The position numbers and the translations under genes are program-made. A stretch of 64,000 nt of DNA, taken from Octopus vulgaris (taxonomy: Eukaryota). The notes beneath the pieces were generated by a model. It ran no database searches and was not told where the DNA came from. It saw only the letters and a program-made list of their open reading frames with translations. The stretch's first letter is position 1, and every line of letters starts with the position of its first letter. The stretch covers positions 36,146,001-36,210,000 of the forward strand of contig OX597826.1 in the NCBI GenBank assembly GCA_951406725.2. The letters run 5' to 3'. Positions 1 through 11,660 of the stretch are shown here, in pieces.

Positions 1-205
1 CTGTTCTCTGTATATCTTCAGTGTTTATTGCACCTGTGCATCTGCCACACACAAAAACTACCTTCCCAGTTAACCTTCTTTTGATATTGCTGCACCTCTT
101 ATGCGTTCATAGCTTACACCAGGTACATCTTGTGGAGTTTCTAACTATGTCTTTCCTACAGATCGAGCAGGGCCATCTACCAGAAATGATTTGTGATTTG
201 TCTGG
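1..205 (-). mobile_element. LINE (RTE-like) ORF remnant with Cys-rich PHD-like finger; runs off the window start
   Basis: Minus frame reads SGRWPCSICRKDIVRNSTRCTWCKL*THKRCSNIKRRLTGKVVFVCGRCTGAI. The in-frame TGA sits where a Trp is expected. The C4HC3-like spacing is of the kind found downstream of RT in RTE-type elements. Confidence 0.7.
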
Positions 206-301
206 ACACAGAGAGAGAAAGACAGAGAGAAGAAGAGAGAGTATTAGAGATACTGACAAACAAACATGTATATAGAGATTTACATCCATGTACATATGTA
301 T

Positions 302-495
302 ATCATTATCATCATCAGTCACCATCCACTTTCCATGCTGGAATGGGTTGACAGGTTTGGCAAGAACTGACAAAGCCAGGAACAGCATCTGACTCCATTG
401 CCTGTTCTGGCATGGTCTCTAGGATTGGGTGTCCTTCCTAAAGCCAACCACTTTACAGAGTGTGCACTGGGTGCTTTTCGCATGGCACCACCACA
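302..495 (-). mobile_element. RTE-like LINE 3' end with (GAT)n tail
   Basis: TTCCATGCTGG.ATGGGTTG...CCTTCCTAA.GCCAACCAC block next to (CAT)n. The same block recurs near 2515, 11430, 20270, 43480, 45835, 55300, 55890 and 59050. Confidence 0.7.
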
Positions 496-587
496 CATTT
501 ATGTATGTGTATGAATGTGTGTGTTTATATTTGTGCATATTTAGGTAGATATGGATATATAATAGGGAAGATAGAAAAAAAACATTG

Positions 588-657
588 TACCCTTACCTAT
601 AGGAATTGAACTCTGCCTGTTGTATAGGAAATAGCTACACTAACCACTACACCAAGG
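588..657 (-). mobile_element. Degenerate tRNA-derived SINE head
   Basis: Minus strand has an A-box-like TGGTGTAGTGG and a B-box-like GAGTTCAATTCC; no body recognised. Confidence 0.4.
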
Positions 658-769
658 TCACACAGCACCTTTGGCCATCTAAATTAGATGTCATAACCCA
701 ACCAACTGTGAACACATCTAGCAGTGGCCTGTCAATGAGGAATGTAGTTTACACAATATGTTTGTATTG

Positions 770-1574
770 TGTGTGCGTATGTGTGTGAACATTCATACAT
801 ACATACGTACATACATACATACATACATACATGTATATATATATGTATATATAGATGTATGTATGTATACATATATATATATATATATATACGTACATAG
901 ACATGTGTGTGTGAATTGTGTACATATACATACACACACACACACACACATATAAATCAGTTACACACATGTGCACACATACTACTGTACAACAGTCTTC
1001 ATCAAATATATATAAACACACACATCTACTGACACACAGATGCATACACACACATCTACTGACATGCACACACACACATGCACACACATACACGTCAACA
1101 AATATATCTACATGCAGATATAATGAAAGACAATCCCAAATGGTTTGCATTTAGGAGAAGAGCAAGTGTTGTCAGTGCGATACAGATGAGGAATCACATC
1201 CTCAATGAAGTATAGAAGAAATATAATTGATTCACAGCTGATAGATAGATGCAATAAGCATCTCTTGGAGTATGCAAGATGACTCTGCTAGTCGCTTCAG
1301 TGGACATGTTCCATGATCTCGTGGGAAGGCAAGCGTGAAAACACAGATATCTAATTTTCAGTTGGACATATGATATTTTATCGTGTAACATCTGCGAGGA
1401 AAATATAAATATGCATTTTGACAATTAATTGAAACCTGATATTGAATAAATTCTTGCATCAACTGAGACATATGTTATACGCAAACATATATAATGGCAC
1501 ACATACAGTGATGCAGAACACCATGTGTATACGTATACATACATAATATAAATATATATATATGCTTATATGTA

Positions 1575-1620
<46 letters not shown>

Positions 1621-2515
1621 TATGTTTATATGTATACATGTGTACATATATATATGTATATATGTGTATGTATATGTATATATTTCTATGTGCGTGTATG
1701 TGTGTGTATTTGTATACATATATATATGCACACACAAATACATAAATATATATACATATATATATTTATATACATATATATGTATACTTATATATGTGTG
1801 TGTGTGTGTGTGTATGTACTTACAAACACAAATGTATTTGTATATATGCACACGAAAACACGTAAGTATATATATATATATATATAGTCACACATACAAA
1901 CACATGACTACACATGCATATATGCCAGACACACAAACATGCATATATACATATATATATATATATGCAAGCAGACATATATGCACGCAACCACATAAAT
2001 GCAGATGTACATATGCAACACACAAACATGAAAATATACGTAGATGTGCAAACACATATATGCACAATGATGCATACACTGTCTCATACATATGCACACA
2101 TGCACACACAGATATACATGCACCCAGGTATATCGTGTCGCTGTGCATCTGCGTTTGTACAAAAACAAAATTGTCATGTGTGTGCTCATCTATTGATTGA
2201 GAATGTAAACAAACAGTTATACACATCTTTATCTATATCACGTATTCCCACTATATGCGTGCATACATATATATATACACACATATCCATGCATCCACGC
2301 ACACATACACATGCATATACACCCACATATATATAAATGTCTGTCTCTGTATATGCATATGTGTATGCATGTGGATTTGTGTATAATGTGTATCTGATGT
2401 GAGTGTGCATGCACATATAGACATATAGTGTGTGTGTGTGGGTATGTGTGTGTATGTGTGTGTGTGAATGTGTATGTGTGTGTGTGTGTGTATGTGTGTG
2501 TGTGTGCGTGTGCAT
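770..2515. repeat. Compound (TA)n/(CA)n/(TACA)n low-complexity region
   Basis: Directly visible; it generates the YI/HT/CV-repeat ORFs. Confidence 0.9.
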
Positions 2516-2660
2516 TATCATCATTATCATTTAACATCTGTCTTCCATGTTAGCACGGGTTGGGTGGCTTGACATGATCCAATGAACCAAAGGACAGTAT
2601 CAGGATTCAATTGTCTGCTCCCCGCCTCTCTCTTCCTTTTCTTTTGGTACACACTCGAAC

Positions 2661-2733
<73 letters not shown>

Positions 2734-2734
2734 G

Positions 2735-2998
2735 GAATGACTTGCAACGTCACTGGTGCCAAGCTGTATTGGCCCCTTTGCCTTTCCCTTGGATAACATT
2801 TGTGGTGTAGAGCGAAGAGGTTGGTATACATGGGCAACTGTTTGTCTTCCATGAAACCTTGCCCTGACTTGTACCTCGGAGCGGAACATTTTAGGTGCAA
2901 TTCCATGATCATTCATGACTGAAGTGGGGTATTTACTCTTTTTAGTGTCTCCTAGAGGAATGTGTTAACAAAGGCCTAGGGGCCCTCACTCTTAGTGG
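2735..2998 (+). mobile_element. 5'-truncated SINE (tail type Z, as in 16251-16569) plus 3' extension
   Basis: CACTGGTGCCAAGCTGTAT...TTAGGTGCAATTCCATGATCATTCATGAC matches 16378-16560. Segment 2925-2996 has an inverted copy at 3788-4200 that is split by the hAT MITE. Confidence 0.7.
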
Positions 2999-3275
2999 GC
3001 TTAATTACAACACAAGTATTTTTACATGCTATTACTCATATCCTAATTCAGCCATTGCTAAGACCCTGAGAGGTGCTACTAATTTGGGTCAGCGTAGAGG
3101 AAGGAACAACAGTGGATAAGAGGTGGTTCCATAATCCTCAGAACCTGGGAACACCTGAAGCCACAGCCCCACCACTGGAGGCAGTTTAAAATCATCTCCA
3201 GGACAGATATGTGCATGTGTGTGTGTATGTGTGTGTGTGTGTGTTTGTGCGTCTGTGCTTACGTATGTATGTATG

Positions 3276-3308
<33 letters not shown>

Positions 3309-3836
3309 ATACACATATATATACATATGTATATATATATAATACACATATATCTATATATATATATGTATATGTGTGCATATATATATATATGTATGTA
3401 TATATATATATGTATATATGTATATATATATGCACATATATATATATAAATTTGTTTTGTTCAAGAACACAACAAACAGCCCAGTCCTGGAATTTAACTC
3501 ATGATTGTGAGGCTCAGGCACTAACCACTGAGCCAACTGCCTTCACACAGGTGAACACTAAACTCATATATAAAGCTTGCTGCTCTACTGAGTCAGAAAT
3601 CTTGTCCTTTGCTTTGCTCTGGGCTTCTTGGTATTGCTGGTGAGGTTCGCTGTGGTTTATGCAAACCACAGCCAACTTTTAACCCTTGCATGGGCATCAC
3701 TGGACATTCACCCATCAGCAATGTTCATGCCAATGTATAGTGAGTAGACAGCCATAGTGTGTGTGTGTATGTGTATCTATATAAATACTCTAAGAGTGGG
3801 AGGCCCCTTGACCTTTGTTAAGGCATTCCTCTAGAA

Positions 3837-4166
3837 CATAGGTTCTCAAAGTGGGCACTACCACCTCCTTGCCCCCGGTGGGCATTGAGACAGTTCAAGT
3901 GGATTCTGGTGCCTAAGAGGTAGAGAAAAAGGTAGAGAAAAAGGCAGCATTGGGAGGAAGGCAGTGAATTGGGGATGTTATGCATTTATTATTATATTAT
4001 TATAGTATTGTATACAAATTATATAGTATATTAAATATCAAATGTTTCATAGTATATATAAATTAGTAAAATATAAAATATTTATTTATACATAAAAATA
4101 GGGGTGGGGTGCTGGGGGTATTATATGGCCATGAGGCGGGGGGGGCCAAATGTTTAAGAACTTCTA
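3837..4166. mobile_element. hAT-type MITE
   Basis: Perfect 8-bp TSD CTCTAGAA at 3829-3836 and 4167-4174. Imperfect TIRs CATAGGTTCTCAAA / TTTAAGAACTTCTA. Confidence 0.8.
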
Positions 4167-4672
4167 CTCTAGAAGAACACTAAAATGGGTAAAGACCCCC
4201 ATCCTTCTGTCTTCTTTCTCAGCCTGACCGCTGCCCATACAACATCTTATTTTCCTATCACCTGACTTCCATCTATGTTTGTGCCTCAAGGCTTTCACTC
4301 TACATGTCAGCTTACATTAACTTGTCCTTTTTAGTGGAAAGACACCTGATGTTATTCTTGTGTTGTTTATATATTTGTAATCGTGTAATATTTTCTCCAT
4401 TTTCTGATTTTTTTCTTGTCTATGTTGTCATACACATTCACTTGCTTTTTTCCAAAAATTTAAAGCTCTTTGCTTAGATTTTTGGGGCCAACCAATTTTG
4501 AACAGTTTCAAGTGTAACAGACCGAAACTGTAATGATAATTGGAAACTTGACTGTTGAATAAAAGGCCATGAATGATCTGTCCTGGTTTTTCCTGTCTGT
4601 CTTTGTATCAGCTATCTGTCTGTACATTTTTATTGTTGTCTGTTATGTTCTTGTTCTGTTTTTGTAATTTAT

Positions 4673-4703
<31 letters not shown>

Positions 4704-4831
4704 CATAAACACATGTATATATTTTAATGGGAAAGGCTGGTTATTGGGATTACCGGTCTTCCCCATTAAAATATATACTGCTCTACATCTTAGAGTGTGC
4801 TTCTTCTCCGGATTTATCTTTTCTACAAATG

Positions 4832-4869
<38 letters not shown>

Positions 4870-6009
4870 GTTGAGAGAGATAATTCAAAATAACACAGGA
4901 TGGCCAGTGGTAAGTCTTTGTACCAGAAAGAGGAATAATAATCAGGGTATATCAAATACCATACATAATAAGTTCTTGATTTATTAAAATGATCAATGCT
5001 TTATATTTCATGGTTGTTAAAGAGGCTGTGAAAGTCAAGCGGTGAGTGACAAGCAAGTTCATTCTCTAAGCAGATCAGGGTTAATCTTTTGAGCTGATTA
5101 ATTAACCTTAATACTACCAGATTATCAGGCATACATTACCAATAACTTGTATTGTGACACGTATTAAATGCAGGCACGTGCCATCAGTAATTACTCAGGG
5201 TAGGCAGTTGGGACCTTTATGTAGTAAAACACACAAAAAATAAACAAAACACAGGCATGAGACTGAGTTGAACAGCAGATTTATTTTTGCCTTTACAGCA
5301 CGTAAAGAAAGCAGTGTTGTAGGAGTGTACACAACACGTTTCCTACAGCAGTTCTGTGCATAGCCTAGATACTGAGATTGAAAAGCAGGGGCGAATTATG
5401 CCTACCTAATCTACAAAAAATACAATATTTTGCATTTTATGGATAATAATCAGAATAATCTTCATATTTTTATTGAATTTGGTGCATATTTTGCCATAAA
5501 ATGAAAATGTTGCTATTGATATATTTTATGCAAAGTAGGCATTGTCTAACTCGCCTACCTAGGAAGCACGTCCCTGATTAAATGTACAACTGAAATACAC
5601 ATGCAAATATCTGTAGAAGATTTGAACTCATGATCTGTGTTTTTGTAGGTCATTCGACCAGTCTTACTCAAAAAAACAACACTGCTGATCTGGTCACGTG
5701 CTCGGGTGTCCATGGATTGAAACCATTTGTGATGCAGACATGCATGGCATTTTTCTGCTTGGTATAAATGGTGAGGTGGGCAGCTGAACATGTGGAGCAA
5801 CCAAAAGGAAAGTGAATTCTAAATGAATGCCTGGGCTTTGTGTATATCATAGCAAGTGTTAGACTCTTGAGCAGTTGATAACACTGATGTTATTTAAAGA
5901 CGGTTTTCCATTTGCGAAGATGTAGAATCACAAACTCGAGCTCTCTCAACCCACTTTGGCCAAACACTAGCACAAATAAGAATTGCCAGCAGAACCAGTC
6001 TCAGGATGG

Positions 6010-6190
6010 ATGAAAGGCTTAGCTGCATTCCATTCATCTTTATGTTCTGTGTTCAAATTCTGCAGAGGTCAATCTAACCTCTCATCCTTTCAAGGTTGAT
6101 GAAATAAGTACCAGCTGAACACTGGGGTTCAATCTAACCGAGTTACCCCCTCCCCTCAACATTGTCAGCCCTGTGCCAAAATTTGCAAGC
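6010..6190 (+). mobile_element. Degenerate copy of SINE family M
   Basis: GTTCAAATTC...TCATCCTTTCAAGGTTGATGAAATAAGTACCAG matches 23444-23674. Confidence 0.65.
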
Positions 6191-7026
6191 AACATAATAG
6201 ATTATATTTATGTTCAAAACATATATAAGTTTGTTTTTTTTGTAAAGTAAAACTCATTAAATATAACCAAAGTTGCCGGCAGCAATTAGAGCAGTTATTG
6301 GACCTTAGTGACCCTTGTTAGACTTCATTTAACTCTGCTACCCAAGGTAGCAAGAAACAGAGCAGAGCTACGTATGAAATAATTAAGTTCGTGTTAATAT
6401 ACTTAATGTGGTGTGTATTGAAAAGTTAATTAAAATTAAATATGTGATGAACAAATGACAACATTAGGTCAATGATTGATATTATTTTTAATGATTTTAG
6501 AAAATCTATGAGACAATTCCAGTCATTTAGTTTTAATTAGTCGTTTGATGCTCACTTTTGATGTGTTTCATGCAGATGGCATCTCTGAGTAATTAACCTA
6601 ATTGGTTAATTAAAATTTAAAACAGTATGCTAATTTTTCACACCTACTTGTGTATATTATTGTAAATTTACTTGGTGATTCTCTTGTCAGTGTAGTGGCA
6701 AGTAAAATGAAGTTTTTGCTGATTCTGCTGAAGAGATCTAATGAGACCAGAACATGCCCAGAGTTGTCTTCCATACTTCCAAAACTAGTTAAAATAATAT
6801 TAATCGTTGACTTAATGTTATCTTTTTCTCACCACATAACCTTAATTAGTTTTTTTTTGTTTTAATTCTTGCCCCATTAAATATATTAAGTATGACTTTT
6901 AATACAGATGACATTTCTCAATAATTAAATTTATGAATTTATATTTCTTGTTTTTAGTTCACTTTTATGTATGTCACTCACTGGAGTGTAACCATGTTGG
7001 GTTTCAGTCAAACAAATTAGCAATGG

Positions 7027-7355
7027 TACAGTTCTATATTTAAGAGATGAGGAATTATGTACATTATTTACATTATTTACATTTGACAGATATTTGTCCT
7101 CATCTTGTTTGTTGTTAACACAACGTTTCGGCTGATATACCCTCCAGCCTTCATCAGGTGTCTTGGGGAAATTTCAAACCTGAGTTTTCATTCCTAAGGT
7201 ATTTTTCGATGTTATTATTATTATTATTATTCAGGTCACTGCCTGGAATTGAACTCAGAATCTTGGGGTTAGTAGCCCGCTCTCTTAACCACTATGCCAT
7301 ATACCCGTGGTTAAGAGCGCGGGCTACTAACCCCAAGTTCAATTCCTAGCAGTGA

Positions 7356-7399
<44 letters not shown>

Positions 7400-7555
7400 G
7401 TAATAATAATAACTTCGAAAAATACCTTAGGAATGAGAACCCAGGGTTCAAAATTTCCTCAAGACACCTGATGAAGGCTGGAGGGTATATCAGCCGAAGT
7501 GTTGTGTTAACAACAAACAAGATGAGGGCAAATATCTGTCAAATGTAAATAACGG
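7027..7555. mobile_element. Fold-back pair of tRNA-head/HHR PLE-derived elements (copy A on -, 7027-7310; copy B on +, 7307-7552)
   Basis: Long inverted repeat whose arms join at a shared GTGG (7307-7310). Diverged TSD AAATTAGCAATGGTAC (7014-7029) / AAATTAGCCAGGGTAC (7556-7571), 14 of 16 identical. Confidence 0.85.
7117..7162 (-). ncRNA. Minimal type-I hammerhead ribozyme motif (intact core)
   Basis: GACAC-CUGAUGA-A-GGCUG-GAGGGUAUAU-CAGCC-GAAA-CGUU^GUGUU. Stem I GACAC/GUGUU, stem II GGCUG/CAGCC, palindromic ACGU in place of helix III, GUU cleavage triplet. Confidence 0.85.
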
Positions 7556-8014
7556 AAATTAGCCAGGGTACTTATTCCTGGCAAATTGGCAATGGTACCA
7601 ACCCAAAGTGTGGCAGAGTAAGACCAAATCTGAAACAACATGGTGGCAAAGCAAACTTCTGGATGACACCACCAAACTAGCAGAGAGAAATGGCGGAGGG
7701 AAGAGAGAGAGAGAAGTGACTTGCAAACTGCATGCTCGTACAAGTGTTGTCAACTGAAAGCTGCGCATATTGGACACCAATAGGTTCATGAGAAGAGAAT
7801 GCACACAAGAGCTGAGAAACCCAAGCAAAATTTCTTGGAGCAGTTTACTCTTTCCAAGGTGGATGAGGGCACAAACTTCAATGGCTGTTGTATTCCTGTG
7901 AGAAGCAGTGGGACCCAGGTATTATTATCTTTGAAAGAAATAACAATAGAGGAATCACCCACAGATCCAGTAATTAATAGGATGTGGGCCTTGTTTGTTA
8001 CCCATCCCATAAAT

Positions 8015-8186
8015 AGGTGCACCTGTGTGGTAAGATGTTTACTTCTCAACCGTATGGTTCTGAGTTCAGTCTCACTACATCGCATGTTGGGCAAGTGTTT
8101 CCTACTATAGCCTCAGGTCAACCAAAGCCTTGTGGGTGGTTTTCGTTAATGAAAACTGAAAGAAATCCATTACATATATGTATATA

Positions 8187-8218
<32 letters not shown>

Positions 8219-8238
8219 TGTATATATATGTATATATG

Positions 8239-8284
<46 letters not shown>

Positions 8285-8612
8285 CGTGTGTACATGTAGT
8301 TGAGAGGGAGTGCATGTGTGTATATGTGTGTATGTGTGCACACGTGTGTGTGTATATGTGTGTATGTGTGCACACGTGTGTGTGTACCTGTGTTTGCCCA
8401 ACTGCAACCACTTGATGGCCAGTGTCGGTGTGTTTACATCCATATAACTTGGCAGTTCAGCAAAAGAGATCAACAGAATAAGTACCAAACTTCAAAAAAA
8501 TAAACACAACAAGTAGTGGGGGTCAATGTTTTTTGACATAAATTCTTCAAAGCAGAGCTCCAGCATGGTCACAGCCTAATGACTGAAACAAATACAAGAA
8601 TAAAAGAATAAA
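8015..8612 (+). mobile_element. SINE family K (tRNA-like head, internal microsatellite, 3' body)
   Basis: Colinear with the best copy at 49477-49884; internal (TA/TG)n is expanded. Confidence 0.8.
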
Positions 8613-9606
8613 AAATGCCATAAAAAATTAACAAATGAAAATATTTTATGAACCTTAAGAGAATAAATGGTATAGTTTGCACAAGCAGGATTTGAACTTA
8701 CAATGTAGGGAGGTATTTAATTTCATAATTCAGTGCTAATACTTCATGATGCAGACATTTATTCCCTGTTGTTGCATAGGAATATTTACCAACCATCATT
8801 TCCATTAAGCAACCCTCTATATTATGCAATTCATTTCTATTGAATATTTTCAAATACTGCATTTCCAAAATGGCTACCCACTTAGCCTTTACTCAATCAA
8901 GGGACCAAGCAATAATTTCCTTCTCCCTCATTCGTAATTATAAAGAGGCCATTACAATGTCATCCATCATCTGCAAAATTCTAAACCCTCTTTTCCGTCC
9001 TGTGCTTTTAATATTTGAAAATGTGTCATATATTGCTTATTCCTGGACAAATGAAATCAGGATTGTGAAAATCTCTAATACCAAATTTTGGCTGCTTGGC
9101 CAAAGTTCATGCAATACTTTGCAGCCAAACCAGTAAAATCAGTCCAAAGAATGAGAAAAGGTGGATTATTGGAGGGTGAATTAAACATATGTCAACTATA
9201 TGCATCTCATCAGGTATTTCTCTTTGATATGCCTTTGTCAAATGCTGGAATTTGGCCAATATCATAAACATGCAGCATTATAGTTATTCTCCTCTATTAG
9301 GATGAGACTGTGTTGGTGCAACAGGGCTGTGGTGTAGTGGCAGACTGAGAGCAAAGTGGTAATTACTTTACGGAAAAGTGCCAAGTTCAAGTTCTTAGCC
9401 TGAACCAAATTGTTTATGACCAGCAAAGCTAACAGAAAATCAGATTATGACACACATAAGCACTCACTTTCACACATACACACACACATTTATATATAAA
9501 TATATGTACGATGTATGCATATGTGTGTGTGTATATATATGTATATACATACATATATATATATATATATATACATATATATACATACATATACATATAT
9601 TACATA

Positions 9607-9650
<44 letters not shown>

Positions 9651-9654
<4 letters not shown>

Positions 9655-9923
9655 GCAGTAAACACATAAATGTGAAACAAGGTGGAAAAAAAGAGTACTC
9701 AAATACCAGTGGTAGAGTAATATGCTTTATTTAAAGCAGCAGAAAATTCAACAAAATCTGTTACTCTGAGTTTCTCGTTGCCGTTCATCAGACAGTTTTT
9801 GCTAGAATGGAACCGATATATCAATTGATATATCGGTTCCATTCTAGCAAAAACTGTCTGATGAACGGCAACGAGAAACTCAGAGTAACAGATTTTGTTG
9901 AATTTTCTGCTGCTTTAAATAAA

Positions 9924-9928
<5 letters not shown>
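9651..9928. mobile_element. PLE-type fold-back insertion containing a perfect 200-bp palindrome (9725-9924), set in (TA)n
   Basis: 100-bp arms with no spacer, centre 9824/9825. Each arm carries an HHR. The left arm has an extra unpaired extension (9651-9719). Confidence 0.85.
9847..9898 (+). ncRNA. Type-I hammerhead ribozyme motif (mirror copy on - at 9751-9802)
   Basis: GCAAAAACUGU-CUGAUGA-ACGGCAACGA-GAAA-CUCAGAGUA^ACAGAUUUUGU. Stem I is 10 of 11 paired, helix III is the near-palindrome ACUC-A-GAGU, the triplet is GUA. Stem II is only CG-GCAA-CG with an A.A closing mismatch. Confidence 0.8.
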
Positions 9929-9957
<29 letters not shown>

Positions 9958-10009
9958 AACATAAATTGAAAACATACATATATATATATACGTGTATAGA
10001 TATATATTA

Positions 10010-10882
10010 CTAATTGTTTCAACTACATGTACTTATTGTCTACTAATAGTTTTGTGAAGACCTGGGATCATATGATGGAATGTGAAAATATGAAGGATAT
10101 CAAATTTAAATGAATTTGTGAAAAAAAATATAAGGGAAAAAGGTAAAACATTTTATAAAGGATAAAAGGTTCACAAATGGTCGTAAATGTTAGCACAATA
10201 CAAAGCCCACACGATATACAAGCTACACAAATAGATATATACATAAAATGTATAAATAGAAAAAAATTTAAATCATTTTAAATATCATTTAAAAGTAACG
10301 ATTCTTTATATGAAAAATGTTAGGATGGAAAAAATCATAAGATATGAACTGATAAAATCATATTATAAAATGAGCGAAAAATTTTTCATTCCTTTTATAA
10401 TACGATTTTATCAGTTCATATCTTATAATTTAGTTATACCAACTTTTTCCATCTGATCATTTTTCATGTAAAGTATCTTTGCTTTTAAATGATATTTAAA
10501 ATGATTTAGATTTTTCTTCTTTATACGGTTTATGTATATATCTATTTGTATAGCTTGTAAATCATGCGGGCTTTGTATTGTGCCAACATTTACCACCACT
10601 TGTGAACTTTTTGTTCTTTATAAAATTTTTGTACCTTTTCTGTATCTACTTTCACAATTTTTAATAATTTGTACATTTGTACTGTTGACTCATTTTTGTA
10701 TTTTATTTTTATCTCTCTTTTACTCATCAAGGTGCTATCTTCCATTAGACATGCTTTATCTTTGTGCCACTTCTAAACTGTTCCTCTATTTAGACAAAAC
10801 TTTTGGGAGTATAGTGCAAATTTCACCTGATGAACGTATGTGCAGGAATTAATTAGTAGCATGATAAGTACATGTAGTTGAC
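10010..10882. repeat. Old diverged inverted repeat, probably a decayed PLE fold-back insertion
   Basis: Arms of about 10140-10380 and 10381-10640 around GAAAAATTTTTC, plus an outer pair CAACTACATGTACTTAT (~10020) / ATAAGTACATGTAGTTG (~10865). CTGATGA at 10827. Confidence 0.7.
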
Positions 10883-11095
10883 ATGTTTAATAATATTGAA
10901 CACTCATTGGATGGAGTACTCTTCGTATTTCTTGACATAATGATACCAAAAAACAACACCACAATCCAAACTGATATTTATTACAAAAGCAAAAATACAC
11001 ACCAGTGCCTAAATTTCAATTCATGCCACCCAACACACACAAGATGCTACATCCCAAATTGTGTAACCAGGAAAATTTGTACTATAGTATATGCT
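10883..11095 (+). pseudogene. Penelope-like element reverse transcriptase C-terminal fragment
   Basis: FLDIMIPKNNTTIQTDIYYKSKNTHQCLNFNSCHPTHTRCYIPNCVTRKICTIV fits the PLE pattern FLD...T.iYxKxT.t..yL.f.S.HP...k..ip....rRi..iv. Confidence 0.85.
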
Positions 11096-11429
11096 CTGAA
11101 AGGTATAAAATGGAAGAAGTCAGTCATTTTACTACAGTTGTCAAGCACACAACTCAACGGTCAGTTGAATGCATTTTGAAATCTGATGATTACTTTGAAA
11201 GCACTGATAGAATTTTATGAACATTACTAAATACTTTTTTAATGTTTAAGGCACTTCAACATTGTAAAAAAAATTATTTTAACATCCAATAATAAAAGAA
11301 GCGAAAACCAGATCATATTGTAACTTTATTTAACTGATGTATATATATACACACACACACACACTAATATCAGACAGTAAGATAAAAGCATTTTTATATC
11401 ATTTTTATGCATACATACAATCATGGATC

Positions 11430-11660
11430 CTCATCATCATTATCGTCGTTGTCGTCATCATCATCATCATAATTATCACCCTCATCATCATTTAATGTTC
11501 ATTTCCTATGCTGGCATGGGTTAGATGTTTTGACAGTAACTGTCAAATCAGAAGATTTCACTAAGTTCTTCTGTCTGTTTTGGGGCATGGTTTCAATAGG
11601 TGGATGCCCTTCCTAAAGCCAACACAGAGTGTACTGGATGGTTTTTACAAAGCAGCAGCA
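11430..11660 (-). mobile_element. RTE-like LINE 3' end with (GAT)n tail
   Basis: Same conserved 3' block as 302-495. Confidence 0.65.

Noticed and set aside
4480-4570. TTGAACAG...GACCGAAACTGTA as another hammerhead
   Set aside because: Stems I and II cannot be paired convincingly; at best it is a decayed remnant.
5649-5770. Acceptor TTTTTGTAG with donor GTGAGG
   Set aside because: All frames close before that donor and no peptide is recognisable.
7463-7508. HHR copies B, C, D, F and G as active ribozymes
   Set aside because: Each has a core substitution or a deletion around the cleavage site (GAAGT in B, CUGAUUA in C, deletions in D, F and G). They are counted only as family members.
9725-9924. 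Fold-back elements (also 7027 and 24566) interpreted as DNA-transposon MITEs
   Set aside because: The arms are unequal in length, TSD lengths vary where present (12-16 bp), HHR motifs are present, and one family is joined to a GIY-YIG remnant. All of this fits PLE retrotransposition better.
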